Position numbers and translations under genes: made by a program
Assembly (NCBI GenBank): GCA_002269645.1
Contig: NIVC01001524.1
Span: 1 to 64,000 of the forward strand
Direction of reading: 5' to 3'
DNA length: 64,000 nucleotides
Source of the DNA: Macrostomum lignano
Lineage: Eukaryota
The notes under the pieces: model-generated
Seen by the model: only the letters and a program-made list of their open reading frames with translations
The model's database searches: none
Told to the model about the DNA's origin: nothing
Shown here: piece by piece, positions 1 to 8,499 of the stretch
How the letters are laid out: each line of letters begins with the position of its first letter
Position numbering within the stretch: position 1 is the first letter of the stretch

Positions 1-398
1 GCTATCTCCTTTATCGATTCGATGTAAAAAGTACAGCGACATTTGACCACAAATTTCTTATCTAAAGTTTGAATTTGTTCTTCCATGTCTCCACATATTC
101 TATTCTTTGTGTGATTAAACTTTTCCATAATTCCAGTGTGGGCGTAGTGCATAGGAATCAAAAAATAAACCTTATCATGAGCTGAAAAGATAGCTGAATG
201 ATGTATACCCCGTTCTTTCGAAGTGTGAATATTTGTCATAAAGTAACCATACTGTGGTAAATCAACAATTTCATCTCTCATGGCATAGCGAAATGGTTTT
301 AACTTGAGATATTTTGCCCAATTTATCAGATCAATATTAGTCGTAGTGTCAGTCCCAAACTTTTGTTTAAATGCATTCCATGTCTCAGCTTCGCTCAT
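1..398 (-). pseudogene. Adenain-like cysteine (maturation) protease, frameshifted, 3' end outside the window
   Basis: Hand translation from ATG at 398: MSEAETW...TNIHTSKERGIHHSAIF...VYF. The motifs FDSY and EQIQTLD..CGQMSLYFL lie in shifted frames, giving the H, D, Q and C catalytic layout. About 4 single-base losses in short runs. Confidence 0.8.
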
Positions 399-407
399 TT
401 TTAACAC

Positions 408-1197
408 TCATATTTGTCGTACGTGTAGATTTATAAATATTTCCTCGCCATCAAAGTCGTATAGAACACCAGACTCATCTTCGATGACAAAGTCGAATGT
501 GCTCAACATGTTTGTAGTTAGTGGTAGGTACACAGGATTTGCAGGCTCTTGAATAATTTTACTTCCCATTGGGACAGAGAACGATGGAATTGAAAGAAGT
601 ATTTGCTTATCAATTAAATGATTTCCATTGGCTGGATCAGTGATAAAACCCCCTTTGATATTGAGACAACGAACCATGATCGCACTTCTAGCTCCGTCTA
701 TCCGAGCTGGATTTGGAGCTCTCTCAAATGGTTTCAAATACACTTCCGAATTGAATCCCAACAGTCTTCTAAAGTTATTGGAATGTGCATCCCTGAAATC
801 AACTTGATACTCTGTGGCTAACCGTAACTCAACCCTACGCGTGTCTAGGCTTGCACTGAAAACAATAGCCCCCTCTTTCCAATCATTTGCAGCTGTTAGC
901 AATCTTTGAATCTCGCTTGACAGACTTTTAACTTCCCAAGATCCTGCTTGAATCTTTATTTTTCCATGTTCTACCACTATCCCTCGAGTATCGCAACTCA
1001 TTATTGCCTCCTTCAATATTGTTAATAGCATCAAAGACTGCAAACTTTTTTATACCAGCTTCGTATTCTCGATCTTCATACAAATTTATCGGAGTGCCTA
1101 GAGTTTGTCGAAATGGGTTTTTAATTGAAAAGAAGTCAAATGTGCGTTGAAACTTTTTACTCAAGAGGATGTTGACTTTTTCTATTTCTTTTTCCAT
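408..1197 (-). CDS. Minor capsid (penton-like) protein, one frameshift near 960-964
   Basis: ORF 928..1197 (…NNELRYSRDSGRTWK) joins ORF 408..1043 (IKIQAGSWEV…FRRLLGF…EPANPVYLPL…DFDGEEIFINLH) across an A-run. The joined product resembles Polinton minor capsid proteins. Confidence 0.78.
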
Positions 1198-1216
1198 TTT
1201 TAAGCAAGTAATTCTA

Positions 1217-1928
1217 CTAGCTCTTTATCAACATTGTTATGTCCTCTGCTTTTGCGGCTAGTAATGTCAACACTCTTTCACTGAGTCCAGATCCCGGTTT
1301 TACTCGATATCCTGGTGGATTATCTTTCAATATCCTTACTGCTTGCTTATAATTCCCACTTGATTTGGCCGCTGGATTTTTACAGTGTTCAATGAGGTTA
1401 ACATAATCCTGCAATGTTTGCATCTTGAATTGCTTCAGCTCTTCACCATTTTCAGTTACTTTAGGCATTTTGAACAACTCTTCAAGATCTTCAGAAAATG
1501 GCATTCGGAATTCGTTGACAATGATGTCCGACCTTGTTCATGGAATTCAACCTCTATTACAGATGATCCAAATATATATCCAGCATCAGTTTTTTGAATC
1601 CGTATACTAGGCGCTGGTCTTTGAGTTATTGGAATCTTTCCAATTTCTTCAATTATTTTGTCAAATACTTCCAGAGGTTCAAATCGTCCTTTTGGTGTAC
1701 TTAATTGCGGAACTGGAACTTTTTGATTCTGAAGTTTATCAACAAGGTTGGCATTGAAATCAATAAATTCATCAGCTTTTCTGTGACAGGTTTTTGAGCT
1801 AATGGAGCCACTCTTGCATATAAACTCTCTTCTCCAATTTTCAAATAGCGTTGAGCATCATTTCTGGATTTGTACGTTTCTCGCTGCTTTGCTAAATTAA
1901 TGAGTTCTCTTATATATTCATTAGTCAT
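1217..1928 (-). CDS. Polinton hypothetical protein (about 237 aa) split by two frameshifts (near 1783 and 1528)
   Basis: ORFs 1701..1928 and 1217..1504 are bridged by an open third frame (ADEFIDFNANLVDKLQ…GYIFGSSVIEVEF). Its start overlaps the ATPase stop. Confidence 0.55.
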
Positions 1929-1930
1929 TT

Positions 1931-2704
1931 TTACAATGGGATTTTAGTTAGAACATCCTTATACAAATCTTGCTCATCCTCATCAGCTCTTGTATTTATA
2001 TAGATATAGCCATACTTCTTTTTCCAAGCCTCTCTACATTTAGCCTTGAATATAGCGGGTTCATAATTCGTTTCTACATTTCTAGCAATGTGATTTAAGT
2101 TTGTATCTTTTTGTTTAAAGATTATGTAACATGTCGTATTCTCCCTGACAGTATTGCGATCTAGTTTGGTAAAATTTTGAGCTAGATAAAAACCACAACA
2201 GTTTCCATGCCTGCCTCTCTGAAACAGACTTTCCTGAAATTTTTGATTAGCCTCTCCCAAAACATCGTCCAATATCACACATGTCTTTAGTCCATTATGA
2301 AAAATTTCTTCATTTGGAGTATGGGAAAGAGTGACAGGAATTTTCTCTATTACTTCTGAATTTTCTGATGTGCTTTGCACTCGACCAGGGTTGGCTGCCT
2401 CTCGACAAATATGTCTAATATCTTCAGGAGATGCATCCTCACTCACCTGGTAGACATGATAGAGTGAGTTGATAAGAGAAGGTGGGAGACCATTTTCAAA
2501 GCCATATTTTAGAAACTGATACTCTGGATCCATTTGAGATGCTCTGGGAACATATAAAACTAACTCATTAAAGTCAACTAGTTTTTCAGGACTTGTAAGA
2601 ATATGGAATAGTAAATATGTTTTACCCGTATTTGTAGCGCCGATAATACAACATAAAAGAGGATTAGGGAAAATAGGATCATGCTGAAATTTTACTTTGG
2701 GCAT
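1931..2704 (-). CDS. A32-like DNA packaging ATPase
   Basis: Walker A GATNTGKT, Walker B VILDD, and the RGRH…FYLAQ motif typical of FtsK-HerA/A32 ATPases. Confidence 0.92.
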   Translation of the reverse strand: MPKVKFQHDPIFPNPLLCCIIGATNTGKTYLLFHILTSPEKLVDFNELVLYVPRASQMDPEYQFLKYGFENGLPPSLINSLYHVYQVSEDASPEDIRHICREAANPGRVQSTSENSEVIEKIPVTLSHTPNEEIFHNGLKTCVILDDVLGEANQKFQESLFQRGRHGNCCGFYLAQNFTKLDRNTVRENTTCYIIFKQKDTNLNHIARNVETNYEPAIFKAKCREAWKKKYGYIYINTRADEDEQDLYKDVLTKIPL

Positions 2705-2725
2705 TTAAAAAAAGAAAAAATGACC

Positions 2726-4090
2726 TTATTCGACGCGGGTCATTTGATATTCACTGGTAACTTTTATTACATTCTTTGTTTGTTCAAGAATTAGTGCAAA
2801 AGCAGTCAGCTCAACATTTGTTGACTTCTTGATAAATAATTGAATATTCACTCCACTCTTGACCAGAAACTCATCTTGAGCTGTTAGATCAAAGCAAAAG
2901 ATTGGATAGATGGTTAGAAAGTCTTGTTTATTGAATGGAGGAGTTACACCGAAACGGCTGCAGATGTCTTCGTACATTTCATACGCTCTGTGAATGTCTT
3001 GAGCTACTGGATCAATTTCAACATAATCATTCGGATACATCACCTGATTTAATCTGACTTGAAGCTGGGTTATTTTCACTGCATTTGCTCCAGTTTTGTA
3101 AGACACATACTTGTGATCATTAACTATATATGATGGGTTGTTTACGTCATATTTGAAAGCTACAAAGATTGCAAGTGGCATATTGGAGATGTTGGCTATG
3201 TTCCATGTATATGGACTTCCTTGAATGAGTTGTGGTGGAACCGTTACCCTCTCTGGAAATGATACTGTAATGTCCTTGTTGAGTGATTTTAGAAAAGCTG
3301 CTTCAGCACTGGGTGACAAAGTAATAGCAGGGATCCAAATCTCAAAGCTATTAATAGTTAACTTAGCTTCCGTCCCGGCAGCTCCAAAGAAAATTTCAGC
3401 ATCGTTAGTCTTTCTTGTCCATGTGAATTTATATTTAATTCCTTTGCTAATCTTCTGCCAATCAAGGAACCCAATGAGAGGTGTTAATGATAGTTTGATT
3501 GTTCCACCTCTGTTTGGAGCATTAGTGACATTGTTATAATTTTCAAGCCTCCTAATGTATCCAGTATTCGAATCCTTCTTATTGAGTCTATTTTTCATAG
3601 CGATTGCTGCAGTTCTCACAGCTTCAGCATCTGCGTTGTTTGCTAGAGGTATATCAGAAACAGTCCCAGCATCTCCAGTGTCTGGAATCCATCCGTATGC
3701 TTCTCCAACTTCATTCATTAATTTTGAGTACATTACGGACTTTAAGATTGTGTCATACTCTCCAGGATCATTATAGACTTTCTTTGTTCCTCCAATGTCA
3801 ACTATGAGTTGAGAGAAAAGTCTCATAGGCCAATTATGTTCTAGAGTAATGTTCGTATTCAAGTCGGTGTTATCTCGTTGTGTTATTGAGTATTTTATAC
3901 AACCGAATGCCTCTGACATGAGAATGTATGACTCTGTTGAATTGACTTCATGAACTATTTGACCTCCTGCAACATTGAGATTATTAGTGCTACCTGGAGT
4001 TGGAGAAATCTTAATATAGTCTTCTTTCTTTTTGAAAAAGCTAAAAGTTTTGTCCTCATATATGCTCAGTATATCCTTTTTGTTCTCCAT
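2726..4090 (-). CDS. Major capsid protein (double jelly-roll, inferred)
   Basis: Intact 454-aa ORF beside the ATPase. It has beta-rich segments (SQLIVDIGG, QLQVRLNQVMYP) and the C-terminal YPIFCFDL motif seen in Polinton MCPs. Confidence 0.85.
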   Translation of the reverse strand: MENKKDILSIYEDKTFSFFKKKEDYIKISPTPGSTNNLNVAGGQIVHEVNSTESYILMSEAFGCIKYSITQRDNTDLNTNITLEHNWPMRLFSQLIVDIGGTKKVYNDPGEYDTILKSVMYSKLMNEVGEAYGWIPDTGDAGTVSDIPLANNADAEAVRTAAIAMKNRLNKKDSNTGYIRRLENYNNVTNAPNRGGTIKLSLTPLIGFLDWQKISKGIKYKFTWTRKTNDAEIFFGAAGTEAKLTINSFEIWIPAITLSPSAEAAFLKSLNKDITVSFPERVTVPPQLIQGSPYTWNIANISNMPLAIFVAFKYDVNNPSYIVNDHKYVSYKTGANAVKITQLQVRLNQVMYPNDYVEIDPVAQDIHRAYEMYEDICSRFGVTPPFNKQDFLTIYPIFCFDLTAQDEFLVKSGVNIQLFIKKSTNVELTAFALILEQTKNVIKVTSEYQMTRVE

Positions 4091-4110
4091 TTTTATAAGA
4101 GAAATTTCAA

Positions 4111-4563
4111 CTAAGCTTCATGAGGTCTAAGAATTATCCCATTACCCTGTTTCTCCTTTTCAACTTTAAACGTCTTTAGCAGCCACTTGACTGCTTCGCT
4201 GGGTACTTGTTCGACTCTTTTAGCCGCATCAACTAATACTCCACTCCCTTGAGCCTTTTTCAACTCTTCTAGTTTTTGCCGTTCAATGCTTTCTATTGTC
4301 TTATTATGTTTAGCATTGTTGGCTGTATTAACACTTTTTGCAATCATTGTACCAACTCCTGAGGCTGCTCCGATACCACCCAAAATTGCTGGTAGTAAGC
4401 CTAATAGAGGAATTATTCCACCTTCATGTTCTTTCTGTTTCTCTTGCAATTCTCGAATCTTCTCTTTAGAAAGATATTGCTTTTGCTTATTTACAGTAAC
4501 ATATCTTGGTTTTCCCTCTCGAACATATCGATTGAGTCTTGCTTCAGTGTTTTTCTCGCTCAT
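4111..4563 (-). CDS. Small basic virion/core protein with EGG-IIPLL hydrophobic segment
   Basis: 150 aa, Lys-rich, with HEGGIIPLLGLLPAILGGIG. Similar G/G-hydrophobic motifs occur in Polinton/adintovirus core proteins. Confidence 0.6.
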   Translation of the reverse strand: MSEKNTEARLNRYVREGKPRYVTVNKQKQYLSKEKIRELQEKQKEHEGGIIPLLGLLPAILGGIGAASGVGTMIAKSVNTANNAKHNKTIESIERQKLEELKKAQGSGVLVDAAKRVEQVPSEAVKWLLKTFKVEKEKQGNGIILRPHEA

Positions 4564-4571
4564 TTTTAAGG

Positions 4572-4994
4572 TCAGAATTTCTTCAAACCATTGCCTTGTC
4601 TCAAAGACACTTGAGACTGTTCTGCTGTTCCTAGAGCCTTTTTAACAATATCTTGAATAGCCTTATTTGATTGAGAAGCTATCTGTTGCTCTTCTTCCAT
4701 TCTTTTCTTTGCTTCTTTATCTCTACGTTTCTTTTTAATATATTCCAGTTCCTCACCTGCTTTAGACATGTCACTGTATGATTTCTTCGCATCGAATATG
4801 TTCTTCGCTGTGGTAGCTGTTTTACCTATTGCATCAGCTCCACTCACAATTTTACTTCCATGATTTGATAAAAAGTTTGTGACACCACTGATCATATCAC
4901 CAATTCCTTCACCCTCTTTATCAGCTAGTAGTTGTGAATCAGACGTTTCAATCTGACCTTTCGCCCGTTTGCAGTTTGTTCGATAGGCGCTCAT
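4572..4994 (-). CDS. Small virion protein with amphipathic helix (GEGIGDMISGVTNFLSNHG)
   Basis: The likely start is the ATG at 4994, preceded by the element's TAAAA motif. The ORF-track start at 5072 lies inside the integrase. Confidence 0.55.
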   Translation of the reverse strand: MSAYRTNCKRAKGQIETSDSQLLADKEGEGIGDMISGVTNFLSNHGSKIVSGADAIGKTATTAKNIFDAKKSYSDMSKAGEELEYIKKKRRDKEAKKRMEEEQQIASQSNKAIQDIVKKALGTAEQSQVSLRQGNGLKKF

Positions 4995-7186
4995 TTTTAG
5001 TTGAAAAATTTGCTGGTAGAAGCTGGGATTTGTAAAATGATCCAATGATTTCTTCTCCATTCTCATCCTCAATAATGTAGGTTATGGGATTGGAGTAAAC
5101 TATTTTCTTTATCCTAAACACTTCTGAAATTTTCCAATATCCTCTTCGACCCTTTTCAAAGTGCTCCTTATATCTATAGATATGAACTTTGTCACCTACT
5201 TTGAAGTTTGGTTTCTCATTTGAATACTCGAAAGTTGGCTTTGGTACTCGCTCAGGATGTTTAGATGCTTCTGAAGGAGTTATCAGAATCTCAGAATGGA
5301 TTGTGTTGTTGTATTTTTCAACAATAGCTGGCAATGTGTGGAGCCACTTCTGATTACCCTGTAGATCAAATTCAAACCAGAGTTTATTTGTGAGAGTACG
5401 ATTGAACCTCTCAATCATTGCATTCTTGGACTCGCCATAAATTGAAAACATCTTGTTTATATATTCACCCTTTTCATCCTTCTTTCTAATGTTGTCTTTT
5501 GAAAACGAATATAGCTTGTACATATGCTGATTATAAAACTCCTTGCCTTCATCTACACAAAGTCTCTCTGATCGTCTTCCTGATTCCTTAAATACTTTTT
5601 GGAAAGCTTCTGCAACTTCCGCTCCCGTCTTTGTTTTCAAAGGAACTGCCCAGGCGTAACGTGTAAAACCATCTATGATAGTGAGAGCATATTTGTAACC
5701 TCTTTCAGGAGGAAGGATAATGATATCTGCATGCCAAATTGTGTCTTTTGCATAGTGAATCATTTTTCTAAATACTCTTGGCTTTCGATATTCTTTATGC
5801 AATTTTACTGCATCTTCATAGCTAAGACCCTTACCATAAATTGTTAGACAGTCAATACAATTGTTGGGGTTGTGAGTATGAATGCCTAATCCAAACCGAA
5901 CTTTAGCCTTGATAATACGCTTTACTAGATTTCGAATGAGTCTCTCTTTCACAGACAAGTCACTGGTTGGAATAGCATCTAAATCAGCTATCATTTTTTC
6001 ATCAGCTATATGCTTCTTTGCTAGAGCTTCCTCTGGATTTGAAGAAGTGTTTTCAGCATCTCTATAGTTTTTGTCATGATAGTAAGCAGTCCAATCGATT
6101 GGGTTAATTGGTAGACTGTCATACCGAGGCCGGTCTGTAATTGGATTGAGTCTCTTGTCTAAATTTGTACCCGGCAGTTGTTCCTCAATCTTTCGAAAGA
6201 GGCTGGACTTTATCTTAAGGCTTCATCAGGATTGACCAGATCCTTCAGCCCCACCCCCATTAAGTCTCTGAACCTTCTCCATATCCTTGTCAACTTCGTT
6301 CGGACTTAGGAGCTTGGCTGCGGATTTCCACCATGTCCTCAAGCTTGTTACCATCGAACCATAGGTTCGCGGACGAAGTCCGATTGGGAACAGGAATTAC
6401 CTGTGTTCCTTCAGAAGATTTCTCAACTGAAGTGGTACTTGAGGCTGTTATTGACGTACTAGAATCGGACGGAGTTCCCGCAATTTGAAGGTGTCGCCAA
6501 TCACTAAGCACTTGTTTAATGTTGGTTATAATGTTTTTGTATTGATCACCATAAAGAAATTTCAATGCAAATTCTCCTGTTATAAGGGTGATTCCATTGT
6601 CTAGTAAAATATTCTTAGGTTCCTTTGTAGTTTTATTGATGCATACATAATACAACTGATAGATGGGATAAGAATTTTTATAGTCTAATAGTTTCTGATA
6701 ATTCCTTTCACGACTTGATGAACTGTCCGTGTTATCAGAAGATTTAAGCTCTAATGCAATCTTTCGCTCAACGTGAACCAGGTCAATCTTTTTTACCTTC
6801 TCGAATCCAAAATAATTTTCTGCTAATATTTCATATAGTCTGCCTAGTCTCATTTGAATAACTTTAATCTTGTGTGAAATTATTAACTCTTCTTGGAAAA
6901 GATCATGAAGAATTTGATCATGCCCAACCTTATCATCAATTGGTTTCAGAAGAATTTCTCGAATTGTTTGCTCCATTTTTACTATAGAAACTTTAACAAG
7001 TGCTTATTTGATGACTAGCAAGGACATTGACTTCCTCACTCAGGCCACTACGTAACCTGCAAAAGAATACCCTGGAATATGAAGTTCTCCTGGGTATTTT
7101 CCAGTGGCGAAGATGGGTGGTAGTTTTGTTATAGCTGACTGAATATCTAAAGCATTTCCTAGAAATAATGGTTTACTGAAGGCCAT
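4948..7186 (-). CDS. Spliced PLA2-like domain + rve (DDE) integrase, exons 7055..7186 and 4948..6174 (452 aa)
   Basis: Exon 1 ends ELHIPGYSFAG and exon 2 starts PGTNLDKRL…INPIDWTAYYHDKNY, giving the parvovirus-type PLA2 Ca loop and HD motif. It continues in frame into WHAD…IDGFTRY…DEGKEF…IERFNRTL integrase motifs. Confidence 0.9.
6175..7054 (-). ncRNA. Group I self-splicing intron (IC1-like core), 880 nt
   Basis: The 5' exon ends in U and the intron ends in G. P1 CAGGU/GCCUG with a U.G pair; P AAUUGCGGGAA (6475-6485); Q AAUCCGCAGC (6317-6326); R GUUCAGAGACUUAA (6260-6273); S AAGAUAAAGUCC (6205-6216); P3 CACCUUCA/UGGGGGUG; P7 GACUU/AAGUC; P8 and P9 hairpins. Removal restores the reading frame. 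Confidence 0.92.
6290..6976 (-). CDS. Intron-encoded PD-(D/E)xK nuclease (putative homing or restriction-like endonuclease)
   Basis: The ORF starts between P1 and P3. Motifs are QMRLGRLYE…IDL…ELKSSDNTDSSSS. The C-terminal roughly 65 codons read through the ribozyme core. Confidence 0.75.
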   Translation of the reverse strand: MEQTIREILLKPIDDKVGHDQILHDLFQEELIISHKIKVIQMRLGRLYEILAENYFGFEKVKKIDLVHVERKIALELKSSDNTDSSSSRERNYQKLLDYKNSYPIYQLYYVCINKTTKEPKNILLDNGITLITGEFALKFLYGDQYKNIITNIKQVLSDWRHLQIAGTPSDSSTSITASSTTSVEKSSEGTQVIPVPNRTSSANLWFDGNKLEDMVEIRSQAPKSERS

Positions 7187-7615
7187 TTTATATATATAAA
7201 ATTTACTATCGTTGAATTGGATGACACTTTCATATTGTATATACCTGAAATTGCATTAAATTGACCCGAGGATCCAACCTTTCTCATGGTTTTAGAGCTG
7301 GAATCGTGAAAATTGCACTTTTTAAAAAAAAATAGAAAATCACAAAAAATCGCTGTTTTCAGACCATTTTCACCTGTTTTTAGTCATTTTTCAGTTATTT
7401 TTAGTGATTTTCAAAATGAGTGAGGGCATGAGGGCGAGGGCACCCCCCCTTTTTAAAAGTATAAAAAATCCGGAAATTCTGTCTTCTGAGAAATATACCA
7501 CAGGCCAATGCCCCCCACATGCCCTCACCCTCAACACCCTCAGTCACAGATATATGTATATTTATATATTTTTTTATATTTATCACACACACACTTGAAT
7601 CCATGACCACCTGGT

Positions 7616-7714
7616 AGTAGTAGTATGTTATAAGGGGCTGAGTCATCCAGCGAGCTGGCGCGTAATGCGCCCGAGCGATAAGTGTGGCGCAGCCCCTTAT
7701 AACATACTACTACT
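7616..7714. repeat. Terminal inverted repeat/hairpin at the Polinton end
   Basis: Perfect 25-bp arms AGTAGTAGTATGTTATAAGGGGCTG (7616-7640) and its reverse complement (7690-7714) around a 49-nt GC-rich loop. Confidence 0.9.
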
Positions 7715-8499
7715 GAGATTGAGGTCTCTCGCTGCTCTATATCTGTACTCAATCTATACTCCAGGCCTCGAAGTGGATTTGGGAGTTTTCCCAACTTCCC
7801 CCACCCTGAGGGCTCATAAAATCGCATTTTTGATTTACATCTCAACTGACCACTGTTGGCGCGTCAATTCGAATGAGGTTTTTGCTGAATGACGGAATTT
7901 CAGATGAAGTGAATGACGGAATTTCAGAGTAAACGATGAATTTTCGGATGTAAAAGTCCAAATTCCAAACAATAAATTTATTAGCTCGGACGCATGTTAA
8001 TGTCGGCGATCCTCATACAAAATTGTAAGAATAGCAATATTTCATTCTTTTACAATTATTTTCATGTCAGAAGATCATCCAACCGTTTAAATACTTCAGC
8101 TGTTTTTTGTAATTAATATCATAAATCGTTTTTGCAAGACTTATCTATATAAATAGTCAGTAGTATGTTTACGTACTACTTAATAGTAGAAAGTGCGTTG
8201 CATTTCCATCTACTTTTATATTGCCAAGAAAAGTGGTTATGTAAATGTAAAAAAGTCGTTTTAAGTTTTCATTCTATACACCTTTACTTTTTGAGTGGTT
8301 TTAAGAGATATTTAATGATTTCTACAGCAAGAATGACTGCGCCACTGATAAACAAATAAATTGATAATAGAAAGACCTGACAAAATAATGTCAATATTTT
8401 AAATCCGTCATTGACTTTGGTAAAGTTTTCCTGTTCATAAAAAAGTTAACCTTCAGGACATTCAGGTCTAGTGGACTTTCACAAAATTCTAAACCATTA

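Larger units (their letters stand above)
1..7714 (-). mobile_element. Polinton/Maverick (adintovirus-like endogenous virus); one terminus in the window, the rest (probably including pPolB) lies beyond position 1
   Basis: Co-oriented, tightly packed genes for rve integrase, a 454-aa capsid-sized protein, A32-type ATPase, penton-like protein and adenain-like protease. The terminus reads 5'-AGTAGTAGT on the minus strand, the typical Polinton end. Confidence 0.93.

Noticed and set aside
1044-5072. ORF-track starts at 1043 (penton) and 5072 (small protein)
   Set aside because: The 1043 start is an upstream out-of-frame extension caused by a frameshift. The 5072 start lies within the integrase. 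ATGs at 1197 and 4994 carry the element's TAAAA motif.
6175-7056. Spliceosomal GT-AG interpretation of the intron
   Set aside because: A GT exists at GCAG|GT, but the nearest AG acceptor gives an out-of-frame product with an early stop. The U|…G| boundaries restore the PLA2 motif exactly.
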